A DNA stretch of 64,000 bases, taken from the NCBI GenBank assembly GCA_963710045.1, contig CAVPZO010000038.1, positions 4,792 through 68,791 of the forward strand. Direction: 5' to 3'. Made by a program: the position numbers and the translations under genes. Positions 33,805 to 43,924 of this stretch are shown in pieces. Each line of letters opens with the position of its first letter. Position 1 is the first letter of the stretch. This stretch comes from an uncultured Alphaproteobacteria bacterium. GTDB taxonomy: Bacteria > Pseudomonadota > Alphaproteobacteria > Rhizobiales > Xanthobacteraceae. The notes below the pieces were generated by a model. The model did not search any database. It was not told where the DNA came from and was given only the letters and a program-made list of their open reading frames with translations.

Positions 33805-35474
33805 ACCGCTTCGCCGAACTGCTCGATCGCCTCGCCTATGAGCCCGGCCGCAACAACAAGCTGCGGCTGATCACCGGTTATTTTCGCGAGGTTGACGATC
33901 CCGATCGCGGCTACGCGCTGGCGGCGCTGACCGGAGCGTTGTCGTTCAAGCACGCCAAGGCGGGCCTGATCCGCGACCTGATCGCCGCGCGTACCGATCC
34001 GGTGCTGTTCGCGCTGTCGTATGATTATGTCGGCGACCTGTCGGAGACGGTGGCGCTGATGTGGCCGAAGGCCTCCGCGCAGCGCCACAACAATCCGCCT
34101 CCGCCCACCCTCACCGAAGTCGTCGCCACGCTAAGGACCCTCGGCAAAACCGAACTGCCGGCGCAGCTGACGCGCTGGCTCGACGAACTGGATGAAACCG
34201 GCCGCTGGGCGTTGTTAAAACTCGTCACCGGCGCGATGCGGATCGGCGTCTCCGCGCGGCTTGCCAAGACCGCTGCGGCCGCGCTCGGCGGCAAGGACGC
34301 CCACGATGTCGAGTTGATGTGGCCGGGTCTCGCGCCGCCCTATCTCGATCTGTTCGCCTGGCTGGAAGGCCGCGCCGACAAGCCGGTCAATCTCGACCCC
34401 GCGCCGTTCCGGCCGGTGATGCTGGCGCACGCCATCGAGAACGCCGATTTCGCCAATCTCGATGCCGGCGATTTCATCGCCGAATGGAAATGGGACGGCA
34501 TCCGGGTGCAGGCGGTGAGCGGCCGTGACGAACATGACAACATTGTCGTACGGCTCTATTCGCGCACCGGCGAGGACATCACCAAAAGCTTTCCGGACCT
34601 GTTGCCGTCGCTGCACCTCCCCGGCGCCATCGACGGCGAATTGCTGGTGTTGCGCAAGGGCCGCGTGCAGACCTTCAACGTTCTTCAACAGCGCCTGAAC
34701 CGCAAGGTCGTGTCGCCGAAGCTGATGAAGGATTTTCCGATCCATCTGCGCGCCTACGACTTGCTCGGTGACGGAGACAATGACCTTCGCGAGCTGCCCT
34801 TTGCCGAGCGCCGCGCAAAGCTCGAAGCTTTCGTCGCAAAGCTCGACGATTCCCGCGTCGATCTCTCACCACAAGTTCCGTTCGATAGCTGGGACGCACT
34901 GACGGCAGCTCGCGCCGATCCCGCCAGTGCCGGCGCGGGCGAGGATGCCGAGGCGGTCGAGGGCGTGATGTTGAAGCGCCGCGATGCGCCGTATCTGCCG
35001 GGCCGCCCGAAAGGCCAGTGGTGGAAATGGAAGCGCCCCCCACACATCATCGATGCCGTGCTGATGTATGCGCAGCGCGGCCACGGCAAGCGCTCGTCGT
35101 ATTATTCCGACTACACATTTGGGGTCTGGACCAAAGGTGATGGCGGCGAGCAACTGGTGCCAGTCGGCAAGGCCTATTTCGGCTTCACCGACGAAGAACT
35201 GCTGCAGATCGACCGCTTCGTCCGCCGCAACACTACGGAAAAATTCGGCCCCGTGCGCCACGTCGTGCACGAGCCGGATCAGGGGCTGGTGCTGGAAGTG
35301 GCGTTCGAGGGCCTGCAGCGCTCGCCGCGGCACAAATCCGGCGTCGCCATGCGCTTTCCGCGCATCAACCGGCTGCGCTGGGACAAGCCGCCGCGCGAGG
35401 CCGACCGGCTGGAAACGCTGGAGCGGATGCTCAAATCCGACGCCGTAGTCCAGGCGGCGGCCAGCGGCCATTGA
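33801..35474 (+). CDS. ATP-dependent DNA ligase (damage-response type)
   Basis: EWKWDGIR, EGVMLK, WWKWK, MRFPRI. Confidence 0.95.
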   Translation: MNRFAELLDRLAYEPGRNNKLRLITGYFREVDDPDRGYALAALTGALSFKHAKAGLIRDLIAARTDPVLFALSYDYVGDLSETVALMWPKASAQRHNNPPPPTLTEVVATLRTLGKTELPAQLTRWLDELDETGRWALLKLVTGAMRIGVSARLAKTAAAALGGKDAHDVELMWPGLAPPYLDLFAWLEGRADKPVNLDPAPFRPVMLAHAIENADFANLDAGDFIAEWKWDGIRVQAVSGRDEHDNIVVRLYSRTGEDITKSFPDLLPSLHLPGAIDGELLVLRKGRVQTFNVLQQRLNRKVVSPKLMKDFPIHLRAYDLLGDGDNDLRELPFAERRAKLEAFVAKLDDSRVDLSPQVPFDSWDALTAARADPASAGAGEDAEAVEGVMLKRRDAPYLPGRPKGQWWKWKRPPHIIDAVLMYAQRGHGKRSSYYSDYTFGVWTKGDGGEQLVPVGKAYFGFTDEELLQIDRFVRRNTTEKFGPVRHVVHEPDQGLVLEVAFEGLQRSPRHKSGVAMRFPRINRLRWDKPPREADRLETLERMLKSDAVVQAAASGH

Positions 35475-35542
35475 CGCCGCTCGGCCGGTTCCCCATTTGC
35501 ACTGGATATCATGCGGGCAAATCCGCACGGGGAGACTGTTCG

Positions 35543-35845
35543 ATGCCTGACGACACCAGGGAATTGCCGGCGGCCCATGACAACCTGTCGCGATTTCTCG
35601 GCGGCTCGCCGCTTGCGGTGGCATTTCGCCTGATCCTGCTGTCGATCCTGGTCGGTGTCGTGCTCGCCGCGATCGGACTCGATCCCTGGAATATCGTCGG
35701 CAGCATCCGCCGGCTGTTCAACTGGATCTATGATCTGGGCTTCGATGCCATCAGCGGGCTTTGGCGGTACTTCCTGCTCGGCGCCGTGATCGTGATTCCG
35801 ATCTGGCTGATCTCGCGAATGTTCGGCGCGCCGCGCGGACGATAG
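35543..35845 (+). CDS. small membrane protein (DUF6460-like)
   Basis: RFLGGSP...YFLLGAVIVIPIWL. Confidence 0.75.
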   Translation: MPDDTRELPAAHDNLSRFLGGSPLAVAFRLILLSILVGVVLAAIGLDPWNIVGSIRRLFNWIYDLGFDAISGLWRYFLLGAVIVIPIWLISRMFGAPRGR

Positions 35846-35865
35846 ACCGCACGCAGGCGGATTCA

Positions 35866-37185
35866 TTGTCTTACCTTTCCAGGGTTACGTCAGCGCAGGT
35901 GTTCGCCATCGCGGGACCTGCGATGGTTGCCAACCTGACCACGCCGCTGCTTGGCATTGTCGCGACGATTGCGATCGGACGGCTTGGCGATGCCACGCTG
36001 CTCGGCGGCGTGGCGATGGCGTCGGTGATCTTCGACTGCCTGTTCTGGCTGTTCGCGTTCCTGCGCATGAGTACGGTCGCCTTCACAGCGCAGGCCCTCG
36101 GCGCCGGTGAAGGCCAAGAATTGCGCGCGCTGCTGGTGCGCGGCTTCGTTGTTGCCGGACTGATCGGCGCAGGCCTGATTGTGCTGCAGATACCGTTGGC
36201 CGCCGGCCTGTTCGGCGCGATGGGCGGCAGCGAAGGCGTCACGCGTGCCGCGAAAACCTATTTCGCAATCCGGATCTGGTCCGCGCCGCTGGTGCTGGCC
36301 AATTATGTCGTGCTCGGCTGGCTGATCGGGCAGGCCCGCGCCGCACTGGCGCTCAGCGTGCAGATCGCGATCAACCTCATCAACATGGCGGCGACGGTCT
36401 TGCTGGTGCTGGTCCTCGATGCCGGGATCGCAGGTGCAGCGATAGCTGCGATCATCGCCGAAGCGGTTGGACTCGTGGTGGGCGCCTTGATCGCGCGGCA
36501 TATCGCAGGCGGGCTTGCGGTTCCGCGCGCGGCCCTGCTCGATAGCGCCAAGCTAATGCACATGATGTTGGTCAACCGCGACATCATGATCCGCACCGCG
36601 TCGTTGATCGCGGTATGGCTGTTCTTCACAGCCCAAGGCGCGCGCGCCGGCGACGTGACGCTTGCCGCCAACGCGGTGCTGAACAATTTTCTGCTGATCA
36701 GCGCTTTCTTTCTCGACGGCCTTGCCAACGCCGCCGAACAGCTTTGTGGCCGTGCTTACGGCGCGCGCGACCGCATCTCCTTTTCCAGCGCAACGCGGCT
36801 GGTCATCCTGTGGGGATTCGCCTTTGCGCTCGCGGTGACTGCCGTCTTCGCGCTGTTCGGTCCCGTACTGATCGATGTCATGACCGCAAGCGCGGACGTT
36901 CGTTATAGCGCACGCGATTATTTGTGGCTGGTCGTGCTAGCCCCGGTGCTCGGCGTCTTTCCGTTCGCCTACGACGGCATTTTCATCGGCGCGACCTGGG
37001 CGCGCGACATGCGCAATCTGATGATGCTGTCGCTGATTATCTTCGTCGCTGCGTGGCTGGCGCTGCGGTCGTTCGGTAACACCGGGCTGTGGGGAGCGTT
37101 GCTGGTTCACTACGTCGCGCGCGGCGGACTGCAGGCGCTGCGTTATCCGGCGCTGTTGAAGGCGTCGTTCGCCGCGAAAAACTAG
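35866..37185 (+). CDS. MATE family transporter (DinF-like)
   Basis: FLRMST, NRDIMIRT, FLDGLA; TTG start approximate. Confidence 0.9.
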   Translation: MSYLSRVTSAQVFAIAGPAMVANLTTPLLGIVATIAIGRLGDATLLGGVAMASVIFDCLFWLFAFLRMSTVAFTAQALGAGEGQELRALLVRGFVVAGLIGAGLIVLQIPLAAGLFGAMGGSEGVTRAAKTYFAIRIWSAPLVLANYVVLGWLIGQARAALALSVQIAINLINMAATVLLVLVLDAGIAGAAIAAIIAEAVGLVVGALIARHIAGGLAVPRAALLDSAKLMHMMLVNRDIMIRTASLIAVWLFFTAQGARAGDVTLAANAVLNNFLLISAFFLDGLANAAEQLCGRAYGARDRISFSSATRLVILWGFAFALAVTAVFALFGPVLIDVMTASADVRYSARDYLWLVVLAPVLGVFPFAYDGIFIGATWARDMRNLMMLSLIIFVAAWLALRSFGNTGLWGALLVHYVARGGLQALRYPALLKASFAAKN

Positions 37186-38276
37186 ACCGGCCAGTCCTCG
37201 GCGGTGATGTTGGCTGCGTCGGCGCCGACGATCTCGGCCAGTGAATCGCGCCCGGTTCGCAGCAGCGTGGATGCGAGATCGCGCTTGATGCCGTCGACCA
37301 GGCCGAGGCCCTTGTAGATCAGCGACGAATAAAGCTGTATCAGGCTTGCGCCGGCGCGGATTTTCGTCAGCGCAGCGCCCCCGCTGTCGATGCCGCCGAC
37401 GCCGACAAGCGGAAACGCGCCCTCGGCGCGCACATAGGTTTCGGCCACCATTCGCGTCGACAATCGAAACAGCGGCCGGCCGGACAGGCCGCCCTGCTCC
37501 CTGGCGCGGTTCTGTTCGCGCAAGGTGGAGGACCGCGCGATCGTGGTGTTGCCGACGATCATGCCGTCGACCCGGCGCGAGCGCGCGATGTGGACGACGT
37601 CGTCGAGTTCGTTCAGCGTCAGGTCGGGCGCGATCTTGAGCAGCACCGGCGAATCGCCGGCGTTCTGGCGCACCCGCTCCCGCGCGTCGATCACCTTTGC
37701 CAGGAGATCGTCGAGCGCCGCCGCCTGCTGCAAATTGCGCAGGCCCGGGGTGTTCGGCGACGACACGTTGACGGTGAAATAGCTCGCCACCGGCGCGAAG
37801 GTCTCGATCAGCGTGACATAGTCGGCGACGCGATCGGAAGAGTCCTTGTTGGCGCCGACGTTGACACCGACGATGCCGCTCAAATGCGCGCGATTGGCCA
37901 GCCGCCGCAACACGACGTCGCCGCCGTCATTATTGAAGCCCATGCGGTTGACCACGGCCTCGTCGCGCTCCAGGCGGAACAATCGCGGGCGCGGATTGCC
38001 GCCTTGCGGCTTCGGCGTCACCGACCCGATCTCGACAAAGCCGAAACCCAGCCGCAGCAGCGCATCCGGCGCTTCGGCGCTTTTGTCGAAGCCGGCGGCC
38101 AATCCGACCGGATTGGGAAAATTCAGGCCGAAGGCGCGCACCGCAAGCTTGGGATCCTCCGGCCGCGGCCGGATTGGCGGCAGCAGCCGCAACCCCTGGA
38201 TCGCCAGGCGGTGCGCGTCTTCGGGATCGAACCAGCGCAGCAGCGGCAGCGAGAAGGCATCGAAGGCGCGGATCAC
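37182..38276 (-). CDS. pyrD: quinone-dependent dihydroorotate dehydrogenase
   Basis: GLAAGFDK, NVSSPNTPGLR, KIAPDL, GGLSG. Confidence 0.97.
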   Translation of the reverse strand: MIRAFDAFSLPLLRWFDPEDAHRLAIQGLRLLPPIRPRPEDPKLAVRAFGLNFPNPVGLAAGFDKSAEAPDALLRLGFGFVEIGSVTPKPQGGNPRPRLFRLERDEAVVNRMGFNNDGGDVVLRRLANRAHLSGIVGVNVGANKDSSDRVADYVTLIETFAPVASYFTVNVSSPNTPGLRNLQQAAALDDLLAKVIDARERVRQNAGDSPVLLKIAPDLTLNELDDVVHIARSRRVDGMIVGNTTIARSSTLREQNRAREQGGLSGRPLFRLSTRMVAETYVRAEGAFPLVGVGGIDSGGAALTKIRAGASLIQLYSSLIYKGLGLVDGIKRDLASTLLRTGRDSLAEIVGADAANITAEDWPV

Positions 38277-38611
38277 GGTTTCAGCTCCGGAATGTCGTGC
38301 CCCCCGTCGGAGCGCGCGCGCAGGTCGAGCACGGCGGTAACCGCGCCGAGATCGAGTTCGCCATAGAGATGCGGAAACAGCTCGTCGTTGCGCGACGGCT
38401 CCCAGCGCAGCGAATCGCCCAGCGCATCGGCATCCACCGCGATCAGAAACAGCCCGGTCTGGCCGGAAAAGTGCTTCCTCGCCGTCTCCGCCACCTGCGG
38501 ACCGGCCGAAAAATGGATGAATCCATCGCGCAGATCGTCGGCGCTGCCGCGGAATGTGCCGCGCCGCTCGGCCTCGCGCCAGGCCGAGGCGGGACAGATC
38601 TTATAAATCAT
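38273..38611 (-). CDS. DUF952 family protein
   Basis: IYKI, DGFIHFS, FPHLYG; overlaps the pyrD start. Confidence 0.9.
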   Translation of the reverse strand: MIYKICPASAWREAERRGTFRGSADDLRDGFIHFSAGPQVAETARKHFSGQTGLFLIAVDADALGDSLRWEPSRNDELFPHLYGELDLGAVTAVLDLRARSDGGHDIPELKP

Positions 38612-38793
38612 GCGCAGCGGTCCGGATTCCTGCTTGTTATTGAGTCTTTTGGGATTTACCGGCATTTCCGGGGTCCGCCCGACCGTATCGGCGGGGTCGC
38701 CGCACTTCAAGAGCAGCATTTATGCACAGGGTGGATTGCGGAACCCGGCCAATTGCGGCAATAATTCCTAAGCTTCGACAAAGGTTGATTCCC

Positions 38794-39441
38794 ATGGCCA
38801 AACAAAAATCTGAAATGCTGACCCACGACCAGATCTGGGGCGCGCTGGATCGCCTCGCCGAGCGCTCCGGACTGTCAGCCTCGGGCCTCGCCAAGAGTGC
38901 CGGCCTGGATCCGACAACCTTCAACAAATCCAAGCGCATTACCGTCGACGGCCGCCCCCGATGGCCGTCTACCGAGTCGGTCGCCAAGGCGCTCAAGGCG
39001 ACCAATGTCCCCATCGACACCTTCGTGCAACTGATCGAGGACACCCCGCGCATTGTGCAATCGGTGCCGCTGCTCGGCTTCGCGCAAGCAGGCTCCGGCG
39101 GCTATTTCACCGACGGCGGCTTTCCCGCCGGCAAGGGCTGGGATGAAGTCGGGCTGCCCTCGGTCAATGACGAGCACGCCTATGCGCTGAAAATTTCCGG
39201 CGATTCGATGAAGCCCGCCTATCGCGACGGTGACGTCATCGTGGTGTCGCCGGGCTCGCAGATCCACCGCGGCGACCGCGTGGTGGTGAAAACCAGGGAC
39301 GGCGAGGTGATGGTGAAGGAACTGAAGCGCCGCACCGCCAAGACGCTGGAACTGCAATCGCTCAATCCGAACCACGTCGACCGCACGCTGGCGGCGGCCG
39401 ACGTGGACTGGATCGCGCGGATCGTGTGGGCGAGCCAGTAG
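38794..39441 (+). CDS. HTH / S24 peptidase domain regulator
   Basis: GLDPTTFNKSKR, GDSMKP, VKEL. Confidence 0.9.
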   Translation: MAKQKSEMLTHDQIWGALDRLAERSGLSASGLAKSAGLDPTTFNKSKRITVDGRPRWPSTESVAKALKATNVPIDTFVQLIEDTPRIVQSVPLLGFAQAGSGGYFTDGGFPAGKGWDEVGLPSVNDEHAYALKISGDSMKPAYRDGDVIVVSPGSQIHRGDRVVVKTRDGEVMVKELKRRTAKTLELQSLNPNHVDRTLAAADVDWIARIVWASQ

Positions 39442-39466
39442 TACTGTCGTCCCCGCGAAGGCGGTC

Positions 39467-39638
39467 CGTGCCCCGGACGCAGCGCAACGCCATAAGCGCG
39501 TTTACGCGCGTCTTCGACGCGCTATGGCCCTTGCGAAGCGGTGCGCTGCAGGGCCGGGGCCCAGCTTTTTTCAACTGCAACCCGGGTCCCGGTTCTGCGA
39601 AGCGGCATGAAGAATGCCGCATCGCGCCCGGGGACACG
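39467..39638. repeat. CGTGCCCCGGACGC-type structured intergenic repeat, copy 1
   Basis: Ends CGTGCCCCGG / CCGGGGACACG; direct copy at 40051-40202. Confidence 0.8.
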
Positions 39639-39649
39639 TGATTGCATTC

Positions 39650-40030
39650 CTCATTCGAATTTCAAACAGCCAAGCTTCTACCTTCTCGCGGCGCAATGCG
39701 TCCGAGGTTTGCCAATCCCTCGCGAACCGCGCGAGGGGATGGAGCGGCGGGAGGCGCCAGGGTGCAGTGACGTAGCACCCCTTGAGGCGGGATTAACGTA
39801 CCCACCTCGCGCGGCAAGGCGACCGCGCGCGCCCAGTGACGTAGGGCGCGGCGCCTCCCGGCGCTCCACCTTGGCCACCAGCCTATCGGCCGGTCCGGGG
39901 CGCCCCGGTCCGGCCAGCTCTCGCTCCATCCGCTGAAGGATCGCTTCTAGAAAGCGACCCCTCATCGGACAGGACACGAGCAGGATAATGGAGGTTTGGG
40001 GGACGGGGATAAGGAATGCGAAAAATTTTT
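39650..40030. other. highly structured non-coding element (MITE-like repeat or ncRNA)
   Basis: Nested hairpins, long-range stem 39741-39758 / 39850-39867, no credible ORF. Confidence 0.55.
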
Positions 40031-40050
40031 TCCGCCAGCAATTACAATTA

Positions 40051-40202
40051 CGTGCCCCGGACGCAGCGCAGCGTGGAGCACTTGCGGAACGGTGCGCTGC
40101 AGAGCCGGGGTCCCGGTTACTTGCAATCGGAAGAAACCGGGGTCCCGGTTCTGCGAAGCAGCGCTTCGCGAGGGCTACGCGCTGCATCGCGCCCGGGACA
40201 CG
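40051..40202. repeat. CGTGCCCCGGACGC-type structured intergenic repeat, copy 2
   Basis: Shares GGTGCGCTGCAG, GGGTCCCGGTTCTGCGAAGC and GCATCGCGCCCGGG with copy 1. Confidence 0.8.
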
Positions 40203-40209
40203 CGATGTT

Positions 40210-40992
40210 CTACGAAGCGTAGTCGGGCTCCTGGCGGTCGAGCATGCGCTTTAGCGCATCGAAGTGCCGCTGCGCCGGCGTTGGACCCTGGTACAGGTCA
40301 GTCCCGCCGATATCGCGCTTGGTCTTCTCGACCACCGCGTCAGGAAGCTGCTTCAGCGGCTGCCCCGTCCACATCGCGTAAATCTGAACCTGTGCCGCGC
40401 GCTCGATGTAATACAGCCGGTCATAGGCGTCGGCGACGGTCTCGCCGACCGTGCTGATGCCGTGATTGGCCATGAACAACACCGTCTTGTCGCCGATGAC
40501 GCTTGCGAGGCGGGCGCCTTCAGCCGGATCGAGCGCAGGGCCGGTATATTCGTCATCATACGCGATCTCGCCGGACATCCCGACCTCGGTCTGGCCGATC
40601 TCCTTGATGCGCGGATCTTCGAGACGTGTCAGTGCGCTGGCATACGGCATGTGGGTGTGAAACACCGCCTTGGCTTGCGACAGCGCCTTGTGGATCGGCG
40701 CGTGGATGCAGAAGCAGGAGCGTTCCACCTCGCCTTCGCCGCGCTTGACCTTGCCGTCGTCGATGCCGACCTCCATGAAGCAGGAGGCCGTGACCTCGGA
40801 CCAATGCATTCCGAACGGGATCTGGTAGTAGCGGTCGCTTGAGCCCGGCACCACGTAAGTCAGGTGATTGAAGATGCCCTCGCTAAAACCCTGATTGAAG
40901 GCCAGCCGGTGCGCCGCCGCGAGATCGACCCGCGCCTGCCATTCCTCGGCGCTGTAATTCTCAAGCGTCTTCGGCGAAACCCTGAACTGCAT
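40210..40992 (-). CDS. class II aldolase/adducin family protein
   Basis: EGIFNH, IHAPIH, HTHMPY, NHG. Confidence 0.92.
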   Translation of the reverse strand: MQFRVSPKTLENYSAEEWQARVDLAAAHRLAFNQGFSEGIFNHLTYVVPGSSDRYYQIPFGMHWSEVTASCFMEVGIDDGKVKRGEGEVERSCFCIHAPIHKALSQAKAVFHTHMPYASALTRLEDPRIKEIGQTEVGMSGEIAYDDEYTGPALDPAEGARLASVIGDKTVLFMANHGISTVGETVADAYDRLYYIERAAQVQIYAMWTGQPLKQLPDAVVEKTKRDIGGTDLYQGPTPAQRHFDALKRMLDRQEPDYAS

Positions 40993-41149
40993 GGCCTTCT
41001 CCCAATGTTGCCTGCCCCTCGACGGAGGCTTCAAATCGTTGTTACGGCCGCTATTGTAGCGCAATTTGCAACGATGTTGGCTGAAAATGCAGCGGGCCTG
41101 CTATCTCCGTTTGCGGCTTGCCGTCGCAGCGCATGGCTCCCACCCGTGA

Positions 41150-42790
41150 CTAAATGGACCTTGCCAGCGCGCCATCGATCATCGCCACCGCATTAGGCAA
41201 ACCGTAGACCGCGACGAACGAGCCGAAGCGCGGGCCTTTTTCCTGGCCGAGCAGCACCTGGTAGAGCATGTTGAACCAGTCGAGCGAGACGCCCGGCCGG
41301 CCGTCCTTGCCCTTCTTCACCGCATCCAGGAACGGCTCGCGGCGGCCGATCTCGTAGACCACGTTCTGGATCTCCTCGGCGGACGAGCCCGCCGGCAGCT
41401 GCGACAGCGCGTCGCGCAAATCCTGCAGTGCCACGCGTTCAGGTTCCTTCGGCTCGCGGAATTTTTTGGTCGGCGCCACGAAGTCGCGATAATAATTGAT
41501 GGCATAGCCGACCATCGCGTCGAGCTTCGGATGGGTTTTGGGCGTGACGCCCGGACGATAGCGCCCGATGAACCCCCATAGCGTTGCGGCGTTCTCGGCG
41601 TTCGATGACGACACCAGCGTCAGCAGCAGCTGGAACGTGACCGGAATGTCGGCCTTCGGCGGATGGCCCGCGTGAATATGCCAGACCGGATTGGCGAGTT
41701 GTTGCTTCGCGTCCTGCCGCGGAAAGCCGTCGAGGAATTGCTGGTAGTCGTCGACATTGCGCGGGATGACGTCGAAGTGCAGCCGCTTCGCCGCCTTCGG
41801 CTCGCGATACATGAACAGCGACAGCGATTCCGGCGACGCATAGCGCAGCCACTCGTCGATGGTGAGGCCATTGCCCTTCGACTTGGAAATCTTCTGGCCC
41901 TGCTCGTCGAGGAACAGTTCGTAATTGAAGCCTTCCGGCGGCGTACCGCCAAGCGCGCGCGTAATCTGACCGGACAGCTTCACCGAATCGATCAGGTCCT
42001 TGCCGGCCATCTCGTAGTCGACGCCCAGCGCGACCCAGCGCATCGCCCAATCCGGTTTCCACTGCAGCTTGCAATGCCCGCCGGTGACGGGAAGCGTAAC
42101 GCGCTCCCTGGTTTCCGGATCGTCGTAGGAGATCGTGCCGGCCTTTGTGTCGTGCTCCAGAATCGGCACATACAGCACCACGCCGGTGCGCGGGCAGATC
42201 GGCAAGAACGGTGAATAGGTGGATGCGCGTTCCTCGCGCAGGCTGGGCAGCATGACGGCCATCACCTGTTCAATGCGCTCCAGCACCAGCAGCAGGGTCG
42301 CGTCGAACTTCCCCGAGGTGTAGTAGTCCGTCGAGCTTGCAAACTCGTAGTCGAATCCGAACGTATCGAGAAACGCACGCAGCCGCGCGTTATTATGGGC
42401 GCCGAAGCTCGGATGGGTGCCGAAAGGATCCGGCACCCGCGTCAGCGGCTTGCCGAGGTGGTGCTCCAGCATCTCCTTGTTCGGCACGTTGTCCGGCACC
42501 TTGCGCAACCCGTCCATGTCGTCGGAGAACGCAATCAGCCTGGTCTTGATCCTGTCCTCGGTGAGCACGCGAAACGCGTGGCGCACCATGGTGGTGCGCG
42601 CGACCTCACCGAAGGTGCCGATATGCGGCAATCCCGACGGTCCATAGCCGGTCTCGAACAGCACCTCGTCCTTCGGCTGTTTCTTCAGGCGCGCGACGAT
42701 CGCCTTGGCCTGCTCGAACGGCCAGGCATTGGATTGTTCGGCGAGCGCGCGCAGGTCGCTCGGGTTGGCGGTGAGTTCAGTCATGGACAT
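41150..42790 (-). CDS. lysS: lysine-tRNA ligase (class I)
   Basis: [22 protein letters not shown]. Confidence 0.96.
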   Translation of the reverse strand: MSMTELTANPSDLRALAEQSNAWPFEQAKAIVARLKKQPKDEVLFETGYGPSGLPHIGTFGEVARTTMVRHAFRVLTEDRIKTRLIAFSDDMDGLRKVPDNVPNKEMLEHHLGKPLTRVPDPFGTHPSFGAHNNARLRAFLDTFGFDYEFASSTDYYTSGKFDATLLLVLERIEQVMAVMLPSLREERASTYSPFLPICPRTGVVLYVPILEHDTKAGTISYDDPETRERVTLPVTGGHCKLQWKPDWAMRWVALGVDYEMAGKDLIDSVKLSGQITRALGGTPPEGFNYELFLDEQGQKISKSKGNGLTIDEWLRYASPESLSLFMYREPKAAKRLHFDVIPRNVDDYQQFLDGFPRQDAKQQLANPVWHIHAGHPPKADIPVTFQLLLTLVSSSNAENAATLWGFIGRYRPGVTPKTHPKLDAMVGYAINYYRDFVAPTKKFREPKEPERVALQDLRDALSQLPAGSSAEEIQNVVYEIGRREPFLDAVKKGKDGRPGVSLDWFNMLYQVLLGQEKGPRFGSFVAVYGLPNAVAMIDGALARSI

Positions 42791-42836
42791 TCAGAGCTGG
42801 TTTCCTTGGAGCAAGTCACTGGGCTTCGTAACATAG

Positions 42837-42920
42837 CCGTCATTGCGAGCGAAGCGAAGCAATCCAGGGGCCACAACGCAAGACTGGATTGCTTCGTCGC
42901 TTCGCTCCTCGCAATGACGG
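42837..42920. repeat. CGTCATTGCGAG-type palindromic repeat
   Basis: CCGTCATTGCGAG...CTCGCAATGACGG. Confidence 0.85.
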
Positions 42921-42930
42921 GGCGTGACAT

Positions 42931-43824
42931 TCAGAACGGGCTGACGGAAAAATAACGCAGCCACAGATCGGTGTAGCGGCCCTTTTCCCAAAGCCGGAAC
43001 AGCGCCCAGTTCAGCGACTGCCGCAACAGGTCGTTGCCTTTGCGCACCGCAATTCCAATTCCCTCGCCGAAATACCGGCTTTCGACGAACGGCCCGCCGC
43101 TGAAGGCGCAGCACTCGGCCGAATCGGTGCCGTTGATCCAGAACGCCAGCGAGATGGCGTCGCCGAAAATGAAATCGACCTCGCCGCGCCGCAGCGCCTG
43201 GCGCAGCGCGTCGTCGTTCGGGTAGGAGTGCAGTTCGGCATCGGTGAACAGCGCCTTGAGATAGGCCTCATGCGAGGAGCCGGCGATCGCGCCGACTTTC
43301 TTGCCCTCGAGATATTCGGGGCGCACTTCCGGCATCACCGCGTCGCGCCGCGACACGAACCGCGCCGGCGCCCGGTAATACGGGTCCGTGAAATCGACGC
43401 GCTTGCGCAGTTCCGGCGTCACCGCCAGCGAGGCGATGATGGCGTCGCCGCGGTTAGAGGAAATCGCGTCGAGCAGCGTCTCGAAGCGGCGCATCTGGAC
43501 CGTGCAGGTGACCTTGATCTCTTCGCAGACGAGGCGCGCCAGATCGACATTGAAGCCGGCGGGATTGCCGTCAGGACCGGTGAAGTTGAACGGCGGGTAA
43601 TCGGTTTCGGTCAAGAACCGGATCACGGTGAGGCGCGACAGATCCGGCCGGTCAGGTCGCCGCCGCGGATCCCAGAATCCGGGCACCGCCTGGGGTGCGG
43701 CTTCCGATGCAGCTTTGGGCGCGCTCTGGGCGCGCGCGTCTCCATCTATCGCTACCACCGCCAGCAATGTAGCCGCAATGGTTACGCGTAAAAAGTGTAA
43801 TATTTTCAGATTGTTAACTGCCAC
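42931..43824 (-). CDS. amino-acid ABC transporter substrate-binding protein (family 3)
   Basis: DYPPFNF, GFNVDLA, VDFTDPYY. Confidence 0.9.
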   Translation of the reverse strand: MAVNNLKILHFLRVTIAATLLAVVAIDGDARAQSAPKAASEAAPQAVPGFWDPRRRPDRPDLSRLTVIRFLTETDYPPFNFTGPDGNPAGFNVDLARLVCEEIKVTCTVQMRRFETLLDAISSNRGDAIIASLAVTPELRKRVDFTDPYYRAPARFVSRRDAVMPEVRPEYLEGKKVGAIAGSSHEAYLKALFTDAELHSYPNDDALRQALRRGEVDFIFGDAISLAFWINGTDSAECCAFSGGPFVESRYFGEGIGIAVRKGNDLLRQSLNWALFRLWEKGRYTDLWLRYFSVSPF

Positions 43825-43924
43825 TTTGTGTGATGTGCTCGTTCGCCGGGCGCCCGGAATGGAGGGTCTTATAGACCATCCGGCGGGAGAGGCGAGTGTC
43901 GTTTGCGTTAAGTGAGGACGTCAC

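Noticed and set aside
39541-40457. ORFs across the repeat region
   Set aside because: Translations of palindromic repeats, with no RBS or protein-like composition.
41150-42790. Class I lysyl-tRNA synthetase as unusual
   Set aside because: Established in many alphaproteobacteria.
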